Shown one piece after another: positions 12,001 to 25,900 of a stretch of 64,000 nucleotides of DNA. The notes below the pieces were generated by a model, which saw only the letters and a list, made by a program, of their open reading frames with translations, did no database searches and had not been told where the DNA came from. How positions within the stretch are numbered: position 1 is the first letter of the stretch; each line of letters begins with the position of its first letter. This DNA is from Balanoglossus misakiensis (lineage: Eukaryota > Animalia > Hemichordata), in the NCBI GenBank assembly GCA_040954595.2, contig CM082580.2, positions 11,856,909 through 11,920,908 of the forward strand, in the 5' to 3' direction. The position numbers were made by a program, and so were the translations under genes.

Positions 12001-13972
12001 CAGCAAATTAACACGAAGGGACCAAAGATACTGCAACCATACAGTCATCAAATTTGGGTGCATGCATTGTAAAGTGAACTTACCATCATACGATATAATC
12101 CCGTTTTCTCCATAGAGTTCGAATATGTTATGAACAAAACTGTCGGGATCGACCTCAGTAGGCTCGCCATTGCAGTAACCCTGCAGTAGATATGAGATCG
12201 TCACCGCTGCCACGCTCTCCGTTTCGTGAGAGTCAGCCCCGGTGGAATAATTCTCCATGTGCACGTCATCTTCGTAAATAGTGTGGTCTGTGAAACACTA
12301 AATAAAATATTGAACATTTGCCGTTAGTTTTCGCAGACATATAGCTCAAAAATGAAACACCAAGTTGTGTTTTACTTTTATAAATAGTTGAACCACGAAA
12401 AATAACTGAGGAACGACGCTTCGTACAAGTAAAACCCTGAAGCAGAATGTGTTTTTATTTTCTTTAGATCGTTCTACTTTTGGCCATTGTGTCTTCAAAT
12501 ATATCACAAACAACGTCAGGGTATTGGCCAGACACGGGTCACTGCACGTGTTTATAGGTTGAGGACACCTTGTTACAATTTCTGATTTGGGGTAAGTGAC
12601 GTTACTATTTCATGCGATATTTTCTTTGGGGGGATTAGTCTAAATATGAATTTTTTCGGTGTTGTTGCCTTTTCGGGGTTTGTTCGGATAAGTTTGCTGG
12701 GTTTTTCGGCCCTGTTTTGGTAGCTATGGTCCTGTTTGGCCCAGTTTGGTTCCGTCTACAACTTTTCAAGACGTTCTGAAAGGGAACTTATTTGACACAC
12801 CCGAACTGTATTGTGTGGTTTTATTATTGAACAGGTCCGGTCTCCTCAATTGTGCAGTCTGCATATTATTACGGGCTATTAAACATGGAATAATGAGCTA
12901 GGTCAAAGGCTGTTGCTATGACAATAACGTACGTCTTATCGAAGTAAGACCCAGCCCATTCTTCTTGGTTACAAAGTCCATTCCAAAATGGCGATGCATT
13001 CTTAACGATTTAACTTTCAAATAAACTAGAAATGCCACCTTTGCAAAGTTTTCGGCCTTGTATGTTTGGTTGACATCCTCTAGGATACTCTCGAACTCGC
13101 CTAAGGTTAGAACCGTTGGTGTGCTAGCGTCCCCGTAGTTCAGCACCTGCTCCTCGAAGTAAGTGTAGTCTTTTGCACTCGGCTCTGCGATGTCTTTGCA
13201 CACGGTCTGCAAGTCGCTGAGATAAAGCAGCAGAATGACGCTGGCTTGTCCAAATCCTTCCTCACTTAGACCCAATAGCGTGTCAGCACCCACGATTGTA
13301 AACAAACTTTCCGCAGATAGGCACTAAAGCGGGGAAAATCGAAAAAAGGTAGAGTAGAACCCAAAATGCGTCTAACAGCAACACACAGGCTCAGGTGGTT
13401 AAGCAAACAAAGAAGAAAGAATTCAGCTCTCATAACGGCCATTTTTGTACAGTTCCGACTTTTGCAGAAACTGATATAGCCCTATTCAACACACGGTTAG
13501 ACTGTTTCACTTTTACATGTGCGTAATTTATATATGACTAAATATGGTCTAATAGAGTGCTTTAAAACGAAAAGTCTCAGAATAGTCTCTTTTTGTGTGC
13601 AAATTTCCAGAACTTTACACACGGAAACAATAGCTTTTCGGGAGAAAAAAATGTAAAGGAGCGTGCTTGATACAGACGATCTGAAATCGAACTTTTTTAG
13701 GTCACGGTTACCTCTGTACAGTTTGTTGGCGCATCTGAGAAGTCCATCTGACTGCACTGAACTCTGTCGAAGAGAATAGATATGATATCGTTCATTTCGG
13801 ACAAAGTGATATTTCTTTCGCCATGGCCGGCCTCTTCAAGTGCGTCCATATATTCAACGACGCTGTGGAACGGATCGACAAGGGCTTGTTCGTGTTCGTG
13901 CGGATCTTCGTGTTGCGCTGCCAGAGCCCCGACAAGGGTGAACACGACTGCGATGAAAAGCCAGCGTTTCAT
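9031..13972 (-). CDS. LIV-1 subfamily ZIP (SLC39A) zinc transporter with long ectodomain (ZIP4/ZIP12-like)
   Basis: Exons (-) 13972-13712, 13323-13039, 12297-12084, 11812-11607, 11483-11324, 11228-11059, 10900-10745, 10545-10423, 10218-10134, 9882-9730, 9598-9411, 9171-9031. Signal peptide MKRWLFIAVVFTLVGALAA, CPxFVQQ (PAL-like) motif, LAVGTMTTDAMLHLIPH, HGHSH loop, TM4 DAFHNMADG, TM5 CHELPHELGDF, FLYVALVDMMPEL. Confidence 0.95.
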
Positions 13973-15406
13973 GTTGTTTGGTGGTGGTGGTTTTTCTTCA
14001 AGTGGTATTTTGTAACAGAAAGTTTCGCGTGGTTGTCGTCGATGTCGTCTCCGCTCCTGTGATCTGGATCAGTGCCTGGTACCAAAAGAATCTAAGCTCC
14101 GGGTCATGTGATACAGTCCGCCTGTCATTTAAGGCACCGAACTAGACCATGTAAATCACTCACTCTCACAGGAAGGTGTCGGTCTGACGACAGTCACGTT
14201 GCATATACGCTGGTTGGTGAGACTTTAGAAGTGTGACACGCGTCGACTGTCCGTGGAACACTTGGTGTATTACGCAACGCCGATAGACACCTAAAACTAA
14301 TTGAACGCCAATCCACTTCAACATCAGTTATATGACCTGCACGTATCTAAAGAAAACAGATTCTTTGTGGATCTCTTCATGACAATCACAATGACAATCA
14401 GCGAACATGTCGCCCCCGAGAAGCAATTGTCCTTTATTGTGCACTGGACCCTAAATATCAGTCAAATGTGTTTTTCACGCATTGCGTTTACTGGGACAAT
14501 TTTTAAACATTTTACCGTAACAGTGGTAAAACCAAGCATACGAAAACCCAAGCAAAACAAACCTTTCAACACAAGCTACTGTGTGTGCATGTATGTGCGT
14601 GTGTGCAGAGGGGGGGGGGGGGTGGTACGAGGCTCGGCTTATGCGCTTGCAAATCTGGTTTATTATTTGTCCAAGCGCTACAAGATTAGACTGTGGAGCC
14701 CATCGATCTGTCCATCCACGTGGTCCATCACACCGTATACAGGACCTCCACCCCAAAAATAATTCCGTAATTCCAATATTCCCGTTAGGAGGGCGAGAAA
14801 TAAAATGTACTGACGATTATATATTGATCATCGCAGATTTGTTGTCTATTTATAAAAAATAATTGGAACCATAAAGATATGACAGGATTCGCATATCGCA
14901 CCAGAACAAACAGAAGGATCCACATATTGCTTCAGGACGATATCGCCATGGTGATTTGTTCAAGTAACAATTCCATGTATTTATAAATTCAACCTTGGTA
15001 CAATACTTCAGACCACCCATATCGATGATTTTTAGAGCCGGTCTTTTTACTTTTTAACATTTTTATTGAAATCAGCAAATCTCTGTATTTATATATATTC
15101 TCAATACAACCAGAATATGTGCAATATTTCCCTCCATCTATGTATGCTCAAATCAACATCTATGTGATGAGTTTATTTATTTATTCGAGTAAAACAACAG
15201 GCATAAGGCCCGTTTACAGATACATGTACCATTAATAGAATATAAAAAACGATCGCATAAAAGATACAAACTATAAAAAAGATAAAAAGTGACAGTACAA
15301 TCAACACAAGAGTACTCGGTATATGGTAGGAAAAGTACCGTTCAAACTGATGGTAAAGCTACTAAAGTTTCTCGAAGCTAAAAAATTCACGTAGCGCCCT
15401 CACACT

Positions 15407-16201
15407 TCATTTTGGTAAAATTGTTTCTGGGATTTCGAGATACGAAATGCCTGGCTGGCCCCTACATTTCACTGGTTCTTTGAGCCATTTCGCATTGTGG
15501 ACTCTTGTCAGATATTTTTCGTCCAACGGCCTTAAGACAGCTTGTCTTTCCAAATCCAGCCTTTCCTCTTCTGAAAGACCCTCTGCTTCACATTTCCATG
15601 ATTCTCCAACTGTGAAAACTCCTGCAAGCAGAGAGAGAGAGAGAGAGAGAGAGAGCAACGCTTTAACCTAGTTCAGAGCCTCCTCCATGCGTTCTTTAGA
15701 GAAGCAAATACAAACGAATTACGTCTACAATTTACCACATATGAATTATCCACAGAAAAATCGCCAGGAAAACAAATAGAAGTAATCCTCCGCAGATTGT
15801 ATGTCATTTCAAAATCATGATATCTCCTCTACCATACCTGCAAGTACCCCTCTTCCATGGCGTTTGCCACTTTCCACCAAATCTTCAATCTCTGCTTCAT
15901 CCATCCCTCTTTCCTTCAGAATGTCCATCCATTCGTGTCCTTCCCACTCATTCCATGCTATGTGTACTCCCACGGTCTCGTTTTCCAGGTTCTTAAAGAC
16001 AGGATTCCATCTTGTCTCGATTGTTTTGACACCGTTGAGTATGAAGCCAGCATAGGGCTGTCTGGCTGCTATGCAAGGCAAGCGTCTTGTTGGGTTGTCC
16101 TTGTCGGTTTCTTCACTGTCAGATGCATTCGCTGTTTCTTTCGTATCTTTCTCAAGTTTCTTACTTGGATCATGCGTCGATCTTTTCTTCCATTTAGGCA
16201 T
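15407..16201 (-). CDS. EOLA1: EOLA1/CXorf40-like ASCH-domain protein (2 coding exons)
   Basis: Exons 16201-15838 and 15621-15407. RQPYAGFILNGVKTIETRW...VHIA...GRGVLAG...KYLT...WLKEPV is the ASCH signature of CXorf40/EOLA. Confidence 0.92.
15631..15655. repeat. (GA)n microsatellite forming the polypyrimidine tract of the EOLA1 intron
   Basis: gagagagaga... run directly beside the minus-strand acceptor at 15622-15623. Confidence 0.9.
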
Positions 16202-18795
16202 TGTGGTAACGTCCTCTGTTCAACCTAGAATGCAGTGTACGTTTGCAAACTGTTCTCTCTTCTCCTGTTCTGATAAATGACATACAATACACATTGTTTA
16301 ATTAATATTCAGAGACTTGGCTGAGTTTTTGACAATACTGTATGTCAAGTAAATTGATTAAAAGGTAAAAAAACACCGGCCTTTATATAGGCGTTGCCCG
16401 CTGCAGTGTACCGTACGCAGGGCTAAGCTAATTGACTGAGGACCAATGTACATTTCATTGTTTTGGTTTGGACTTAGGGACGCGCCAGACGGAAAATGGT
16501 ACAAAACCTCCTGGCATGGTCCATACGTATACCTTTGGTATCGATACGTCCTTCACTACATACATAGCGTTATGTACTTACGTAGTGGTGGTGTTGGAAA
16601 TGACTTAATACATATGAAACGGACAGAAACGCATAAGGACTTAAACATGGATGTGTTTGCCGCGCGTTTTCACGAACAAAAGGCCAAAGTTCATGCAAGG
16701 TCAGGTCATATGTTTAATGCGCATCGTTTCATATACATCATACCATGATTCGAGCAGTAGAAAGCTATGGGTGCATATCATATTTTTGTAAGTTGCTTAC
16801 ACAGGAGAAGAGTAACCTTGGAGCAAGCAGATATGATTTTCTGGATGATGTTCGAGCAATTTTGGTGCACCACTGAAACTTTTGTTTCAAACTATATAAG
16901 AGCATGGATATGCCATTTGTCTTGTTCGTTGAGTTGTCCTATCAACTCAAGAGATAGTGACTCAAGTTCAATATTTACACATCACAGGTTAGTGTAATAT
17001 TGTTCTTGTTTGGTTGGTTTTTGTTAGTTTTTAAACAGCTGTACATTCTATAAATTATAATGTTTTCCGTTGACTACTATGTCAATCACTAGAGTGCATA
17101 GAAATGTGTCCAGGTTTTAGTTTTAGATGTCCCTCGAATCATCGTTGAGGACTGGAGTGAACAAGAGCTTTAAAGCATATACCGTATACATATACCGCTG
17201 TCTTATATGTGAAAATTCAAAAAAATATTTTCTTGATATTACTAGCTTGTTGACCTTTATTTCTTGATGATATTTTAAAAATCTTCGTACGAATGTGCTT
17301 GATGTTGTTGGAGTAGTTTTCATGTTACAGCGCCCTCAGTAGGCGTGAACATTATTACTTTCAGATGTCTCATTCATCTATAATAGTACTGATACGTTTT
17401 TTAAAACAAAACAGACAAATGACATTATGTACTTTTTCCCCTTCAAACAATACATCTGAAAAGTTTCACACATTCTATTTACTTGTGGGAAATGAATCTG
17501 AAAATAAGTTTCTCAGGCCGATAAAGGAATAAGTTTTTAATTAAAGTTATAAAAGTGTTTCCCCCTATTTATCTGAGTTGAAATTCATTTATACTACATT
17601 GTATTTATATAAGTGTATCTATCAACCCAATATCAAATGAATTTCTAACCCCCAAATTATCATAAATTACTATATACATTTCCCTATAGTAATTCTCCAT
17701 TTTTTCTTGGTTTTACAAACACCAGCAAAAGCATAGGTATGCTACAACTTTTGTAAACATGTTACATAGCAAAAATTGAACCCCAGCCAGAATAAAGAGT
17801 CACTCACCCCAAAATCAAACAGACTGTTTCATTTGACCATTCAGTTTATTCATGCGAATTAACAATAAGTACCAGCACATTTCAGTAAACATGCCACCAG
17901 CCATTATTTGCTGATCAATGTAACATTTATTTTTGAAACATCATGAGGGGAACATATGGTACACTTTCAGTCAACGTTGCAAAGTTGCAGCATATTTATG
18001 TTGAATTAATTTCAAAGAAAAGCTTCAACGGACAAAGCAAATGTCTTTTGAACATTCAATAGACTAGTGAATTAAGGTTATGTCATTTTAACCATGATTA
18101 TTATTTAAAAAATATATCATTCACAATTACGTTACAGTAGACAGATGGCTACCCCAGGGTTATTTTACATTCATTGTGATATATTACATGCAGGGTTCTG
18201 AAAGTCTTTTTATGTTGTTGAAAATTTTGGGCAATATTTTGCAGAAGATAATGTGCTTGCTGTAGGGTTTATGAAATGAAATGTACTGCATTTAGCATTC
18301 TCTATTTTGCCATGTGAGGTACTGTTAGCTCAGACATGTACCTGAGTATTTTTAAGTGCCCTTGTTTTTATCTTAAGTTTTTGCCGACATTACATCACAT
18401 TTCTTTTGTATTCGACAGCAATTTGTATTCAAATCAGTCTGGATAAATACCTACTTAGTCACAAAGACTAGGCGTTGCAAACAATACATTCTATTCTTCT
18501 GTTCCATTCTTTTTCTTACTTCAAGTAGAAACCTGTCGTCATTGTGGAAAAAATAACGTTATTTTAAACCAAATTTTGTATACTATAATAAATGAATGGT
18601 CTATAAATGATACATAGAGTTGGTTGTATTTGATTTTAGGAGAAGTTTTGTTATTTTCATAACAGTCGACAACAGTGCAAGAATGTGGTAGCTTTTGTTA
18701 AGACCCAGTGTTATTCAAATGACTTGATGTCCCTTTCCACAACATGGTTTGTCTGAGTGTGTGGGTTTATATTGACCATTGTGTTTGTCTTTCAG

Positions 18796-18961
18796 CTGTT
18801 AATCTCTGCAGACTCTCCAGTTCAGTAGGACAGGGACAGGTACAAGGCAATCGCTGTTTTGAAAGTATTAGCGGTCAATTCATGAAGTGTTAATTGTAAC
18901 CCCTTGAAACCGAATCCATTGGTCGGTTGACCTGTTTCGACATCACATCTGCGGATATCAG
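18796..18961 (+). other. Candidate non-coding 5' UTR exon of CRACR2A
   Basis: Flanked by gtgtttgtctttcag acceptor and CAG|gtgagc donor; lies in the 13 kb region upstream of the CRACR2A ATG that has no recognisable coding ORF. Confidence 0.45.
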
Positions 18962-21900
18962 GTGAGCATGCAGTTACCTGCAGTTCTTATGTCTTTTCCC
19001 CTCCAGTGTTGATGAAGAAAAGAAAAGAAAACAAACAGAGAACAGGTACAGTAATTAGCCTATTGAGCTAGTATCGGAAAGGAGACTGTTTTTCCCGACA
19101 CATAATTATGGTACAGTTATTTGCCATTCAACAACATCAGAAGGCAAGACATATTTTTTTTACCAAATAATCAAGTTTTCTAAACAATGAAGTTATCAAA
19201 TGAACTTTTTTCTGTAGCTGAAATGTTTTCAGGGTGCTGCACAAAAGTTAATCCTTGCTAGTATAACAATAACATACTAAGGAATTCATAAGATATTCTG
19301 GTGTGTTTTTGATAGAGTGTTGGAATGTTCACAGATATTCTTCAATCAAATGCAGTGTTAAGAACATACTAGCGTGTCTCAAAAGAAAAAGTTTCCAAGG
19401 TAAACCATTGTGTTTTATGCACCTTGGCAGTGTAACAGGTAGGGTGTGATTTAAGGAGTGTACTGACGTAGTTCTCGGTCACGGACCAATGTATCTGTGA
19501 ACCCAGCCTCAGGGTTTGTTATCGACTTCACTTCAGTGCACCATTCACACAATCAGTCTATTGTCCAGCAGTACCCTAATTCTCAAACCCCTGTGACGTT
19601 TTCACGGATGAGTTTGTACATGAGTGCCGTGTGAATCACAGAAAGATTGAGATTTTGTATTGCTTGAAGGAGAAATGTACAAGCACTTCCTTGGGTAAAG
19701 AAAATATAGCAACATAAGAAATAGACTGAGAAGAAAAGAATTCAAGAAGTTTATCTCTGAAAGTTGATTTTGGTGAGAAGAATGTTAGTAAAAGCAACTG
19801 GTTAAAGGGAAAATATATATTTTCTTTCAAACATTCTGCTTTGTTTTGCTTTGCTTTTTGAACTGTAGTATACATCCTGCAGTCGATGGTCCGCAGCCAT
19901 AGAAAATCCTTCATGCTTTAGAGTTGGCAGGGATATTGTATAAGTGCCAATTAGAGATTGCTTAGCATTCAGCAATAGAGCCAACTTTTATTAAAAGGAA
20001 TTCCTTTACAGCAAGCAAGTGTATATCATTTATCACACAAGTGCGTTGTTCCACAAAATATGAAAAAAAAAATGGTTTGTTATAAAGCCTCAAATGCTTT
20101 TAAAATATTTAGTTGCAGCACAATGGAAATGCCTAGGATGGGCTCACTTGTGAACACATTCTTCCTCAGAGTTTAATTAACTGTTTAATATTGGCTGTAA
20201 TTTTATCCCGTTGGTAACAGTAGATGAAATTCCACAGCTTGTAAATGTTTCCCATTTGTGAATTATTTGCCCCTGTCTGTTAATTGATTTGAATTGCACT
20301 AGGTGATGGGTAAGTAATAGCACTGGGACAACAAGTCCCTGATCTTACATAATCCATGTTGTTATCGACAGAGTTTAAAGGCAGGGTATAGACAACAGAC
20401 AGGGTTATCTTGGATCAGGTATGTAGCCTTTTATAAAAGACAAAACGCATGTGTGTTGACAATTTTCCTGTTCCTATCAAGCAGTGAAATTCATATGGGT
20501 ACAGGTCACTGTGTACTAAACTACTCTGTCGACATAGTGTTCAGAATTGCATACGGGATCTGTCGCTGACGTCGACAAGATCAACACCAGTGATCGATTG
20601 CCACACCAGATTCACAGGAGACTTGACATTGAAGGAATATAGCAACAATGTTTTTTTTTGATGTACCTTGTAATGATCAGTTGCATATTACTTGTGTTTG
20701 CAATGATTTTCTTTGATGAGCAAACCAAACCAAAGTGCAATCAGATTTTGTATGAAGGGAAGCTGGTATGTTATGAGCTCTGCAGATGCAGATGTACATG
20801 CAGAAATGTGAAAAGAGATCATTTGGTGGTCAATGGGTGTAATAAATTATCCTGGTCTGTGTATATACATACAAGCCATGCCAGTTCCCTGTGCCAATTC
20901 ATTACGTATGGGTTGGGACAGTGCTTTCAAACACAGAGTGAAAAATGTAGTAACCCTACACCCTATCGTGATACACCTCAGCAAAGTTTTAAACTTTGAG
21001 GTGTAAAATCAAACAACTTTCATGAGAGGAAGTTTATTATTACTTTAAGTCATGGCAATATTCTGGTAACTCCAGACCGAAATGTTGCCACTGAAGTAGA
21101 CTTGAATGTGATGAACCATAGACTCTAGTCTAGGGTATATGGATGAACTTACAAATGTACACAAAGTCATATGGCCGTACTGGAAGTCAGCAAAGGTGAA
21201 ATGTTTGCCTACACAATATAACAGAGCATTGTGAATTAAAGCTGCGTGTGTACATAATGCTAAATGTGAGCGCAGTCTCTGTAACAACTTGCAGGTCTGT
21301 TGAATTTCTTCGCTGGAGATCAGTGTCTTTCTCTGCAAACCAAATCTTCATTTAGGTGTAAAACTTTGAAATTTGGTAAAACTCTACCAGAGGAACACAC
21401 AGACAAATATATAATTCCTTCTTTTATTTGTACAGCTTTCCTCTCGTTTTAAACACATTTTAAATATTCTTGTGTGGTGTATTATTATAAAATATACTGG
21501 TAGGCAGATGCCATGTTTCAAAGTCCCACCGAGTGACAGCACCTCATTTCAGCTCAGCTGTAATTATACATTTTAATGTGTTTTTTGAAGCATTAATTTT
21601 AGCCTGTACAATATGGTATGAGTTTTCTGAGTGCTGCATTCCAGCCCAACCATGACCTGAGCACGTACATCACAGTTTGCCACCAGGCCTCAGACTACAT
21701 GAAAGGGGTCACCTTGGATTGTTTAAAGCAGGCAAATTTAAAGTAAATAACACACAGTTGGTTGGAGTTCATGCAGTGACGTGGCCATGCATATATTCTG
21801 CAGTGAAGAATTGCTTCATATGCTCTCTCAACTCAATACCCAGTCATCATTTGGGCCGCTTCTCTGCCAGCTGGTGTTATTTACAACCGAATCTATTTTC

Positions 21901-22961
21901 TTTCAGGATTATTAACTGGTACCTCAGACAAGATACCTCATTTTGCTCCAAGCATCAAATTGCCTCAGGTGGGTAATCCATAAATATACTCTGTCACCTG
22001 TCAGAAAGTTTTAGTTACTGATGGAGAAAATGTCCATTCATCTCCACTTTGGTTCATTTCATATCTCTCATGTTTGATATACATGTATTTATTTTGTGGA
22101 TCTGCTGTCATAACTGCATGACAAATTTGTGTGCAATACAGACAGAGATAAAAGTTTATTCTTTAGTTGTTTTAGTGACGAGATGGAGGGGGAGGAGTTT
22201 CACATTTATACTTTCAATAACAAAGGTCTTAGGATATCTCAAATATATCCTAATTTCCTTTCATTGAGAAGGTCATCACAAAGGCCAAAAGTTCAACAAC
22301 ATTCCTCATAATAATAATGAAACCTCGGCGTGCCAATTTGTGTGCCATTGTAAAGTTCTGATCTCAAGGTTGCAGATATGATAAGGTCAACAAGGCAATG
22401 ATAAAGTGTGGCTGATGAACTGGTTAGATTTCATTTTTCTGTGTGTGTATGTTTCATAAATCGCTATGTCATCCTTTTGCTGCTAAATACAAATGATGGA
22501 GTTTTTTTATACTCAAGTCATCTGTATAACCACCTGTTGAATATGGTCCATTAAACCATGCAACAACAACCATGCATGTCCCCCTATGTCATGATGTAGT
22601 CCAAGAGATTTTAAGTCAGAGATGACCCTGGTATCCTCATTGAATTCATGCAGACACCCTCATTCTACAATGGAATTTTCCTCCACAGAACTGTACTGCC
22701 ATCTTTCCACTGATTACTGTACTCTCCATTGAAGGATCATCTAATTGGTCCTGCAGTTTATTGTAATGCAGATAATTTGATGTGATTAACTACGATTATG
22801 TTTTGCACAGTGAATTGATATGTTTTTCACAAGTCTCCACACTTACATTATGCTCGTCAATTCCGGAGCAGAATAAAAATTGCTGTGCTCTTTCCTCTTT
22901 CATTAACAGCCGACCGGGAGAGGCTGTGTGAGAGAAAAAACATTTCTCAGATGCCTGTACA

Positions 22962-22996
22962 GTCCCCATGACAACTGGAACTGTTTCCATGGCAAC
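22962..22996. promoter_or_regulatory. Tandem RFX X-box pair, candidate alternative promoter
   Basis: GTCCCCATGACAAC (22962-22975) and GTTTCCATGGCAAC (22983-22996), followed about 115 nt later by an AAG|gtaaga donor at 23111/23112. Confidence 0.55.
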
Positions 22997-25900
22997 TGGC
23001 TACTGAAGCCACCGTTTGATGAGCGCATGTCTTCCGTGATTTGAAAAGAGGAGCCAGTACTTTGTATGTATCAGTGAGAAACTGGGAACAGTACGTGAAG
23101 ACATTTACAAGGTAAGAATCTTGTAAAGCATACAGGAAGAACGTCAAACGTGTACTGATGATTTTGTGTTGATTGCGAGAATCGGCACGATTAATTCAGA
23201 AAGTTTGTACAAAATACGATTCGTGCAAAATATATTGCAACCAAGGCTCACCATGTGTTGATGATGCAAGACTGTCTACAGTCAGTGTTATACATACCGA
23301 TCAGATCGTCGGGTCAAAATGTCAATATGCCACCCTCCCCCCACCCCAGGTTAAGTGCACTCACTTTTAACCTTTAGACAAAACAAGCTTGAAGTGGCAT
23401 CTAAAATGAATAGATAGAAACGAATTGTGCAAGTCAAAATACTGAAAAGGCAATGTCCGGGATTATACATATTTTATCACAGTGTCCAAAATGCTTGTTT
23501 TACCTTTACAAGTCAAGCACTCAACAACATTCCTATTTCAAGTACCACAATGCAGTGCATCACCCCAAGTATTACCCTGGACAACCCAATTCACCTTTTC
23601 ATTGTCAGTACAATACGCTTTTAACAGGAATTACAAACTGCATCACCAGAGTACTGCAATACGTTTTAGAACATGTTGAATCTTTATTTATGACTAGTAT
23701 GCACAAAGCACACTGTGGAATAATCAGTAAATAAAACTATTAAGTGCCTTTTGGGAGAAGAATAAAACTAAGGTGTGACAAATAATTGCTATATATACCC
23801 TAATTCTGAAGTCGCTACCAAAAATCTGATCGCCGTAATAGAGTATGTTCTGTACAGCTGCCACTGTCATCCAGACCATTGAATAGTTTATTGAATTTGG
23901 GGAGATCAGTATTACAATACATAAAATAATTGATTGCAATTCTGTCGCTGTAGTCACCTGTAGGGAGAGAGATGGACTCGTCCATTGCCATAAATGGGAT
24001 TTCATTTAAAGGGAAGGATTGCTAATATTTTCTACTTCAAACATCAAATGTAAAAAAAATATGTTTTCATTTTTTCCTGGAATAGCGGTATACAATTTTA
24101 GTTGTTTATATTCATTAGTCTCTTTTTGTAGTCAGGAATTTTTATCCCCTCACATTAGGTCTCCACACCCCTATAGAAAAGTAACATCTTCGTGTTCTTA
24201 CCCACAGAGCCAAAATAGCGCTGGAACTGGCTTTGGTATAAATTTAATAGATGTTTCAGAAAAAAACAATCTGGGATTCCTGAGAGCAGTTTCCATTTCC
24301 AAGGGCCCATAAGAGATAATTGCTGAGTGTTTTAACAGGTAGGTGATGTCTAAGTTGTCTCTAACTGATGAAACTAACATTGATTAATTTTCACAGATCA
24401 GACGTAAGGTAAGGTGCATTGGTAGAGGGACAGTCGTTGTATGCCGGTAGTCGTAAAAAAAACGAGAACCACTGCCGTGAAAGAGTTGAGGTCACTGTGA
24501 TTGACAGTTGGGTGACGTCTCCCCCGTGGTGGAATTCCAGTCTTTTTTTAACAACTTGTTCCAGAGGATGTTGAATTTTTTGCAAATTGAATACAAATAT
24601 TCCAGGCTACAAATTTCCAATATTTCTTTTTTAAATTTTATTTGTTCAGACACGATGCTCGATTTTTATTCACAGCTGGCCTCCTCAATCCAATGAAATC
24701 GTGACAACTGTTTCATCCTTTATATGTAAATGAACATCTATTTTGGTTTGAATGTAAAGATATTATCAGAAACAAAGCAATAGTTCCATGGTATTAATTC
24801 CACAGTAATCTAGCAGTCATTTTTTTCCAGATTTGACCTGCAAAGCAGTTGTCAAGCTTGGATTTTAGCCAGCAGCTACTGGTACATGTATGATAGTCAG
24901 GTTTGTCTGTATTATATTGTTTTAATTAAATTTTAATGGGCATGATAAATCTGCACACCAGATAATATATTGTGGACCATCCCAGTGTTGTTAATCATGA
25001 CACATTCATTGTGTTTCAGGCAGCAACTAAATATTACCAGTATTTTCCTCTTCTACCAGTACAATTGATAACCATACTGTGGGAAAGAAATAAGCTGATT
25101 TTCATATTCAATGCATCTGATAACAGTGATTTGCTATCATTGCCAAAAGTAATTCGAAAAGTGTACAACAGTAAGAAATGTGTAATTAAAAATAGTTGAC
25201 ATAGTTTAGTTTCTCCCATCACAATGCCTGAAATGCATTTTGAAGAAAATAGCAGCAACCGGGATTAAATTTAAATCAATCCTTCATGCTTGAGAAGTTT
25301 TTGCTTTCTTTTCTTAGACCAGAAAAACAAAAATCCAGACCAAATGTACTTTTTTTCAAGTTTTATATGAAATGTACAGAAATCTACATATACATGCAGT
25401 CTTTTAACTTAGTTTTGCTGAACAACAGTGCATGGGTGTATCAAGTACTGAAACAATGAGTGCAGCTACTCAATGATAATCAAAATGGTCTTTCTGGTAA
25501 TAATAATGTTGGGGGAAAGAGAGTACCCATTTACCATCATCCAGTTTACTTGGGAGCAATTCTGTCTTCAATTAAAATCTCTATTCTACCATGTTCAGTG
25601 AAACATACGTCATCCATGCATATATTAACAAACCTCACGCACGCAACAGTTACCGTGGCGCCAGCTTGCCAACATATTTTTGTATTTTTATGAGGTCAGT
25701 GTCCTTACTGGAACTGTCAACCTTTCAACATTACATTGAAAAATTGGCACTTTTTTAGTAAATTTACCCCTCAATCTCCAGAAGCATGTACAACACAATG
25801 AAAGTGGTTTGTGACTATAATTGATACACAGTGAGACATAATGAGATAAAGAAAGTAATATGATAATTTACAGCATAAAAATATGGTGTATTTCTATTCA

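Noticed and set aside
14301-14762. 153-aa plus-strand ORF and overlapping ORFs
   Set aside because: Runs through GT and poly-G low-complexity sequence in the ZIP upstream region; no domain resemblance.
16382-16391. TATA box for EOLA1 on the minus strand
   Set aside because: Probably lies inside the 5' UTR intron (acceptor about 16225, donor about 16581), so it is not positioned as a core promoter.
17327-17345. CTCF-like motifs (also near 31671 and 63423)
   Set aside because: Each deviates from the CCACYAGRGGGCGC core at key positions; not supportable without a PWM scan or ChIP data.
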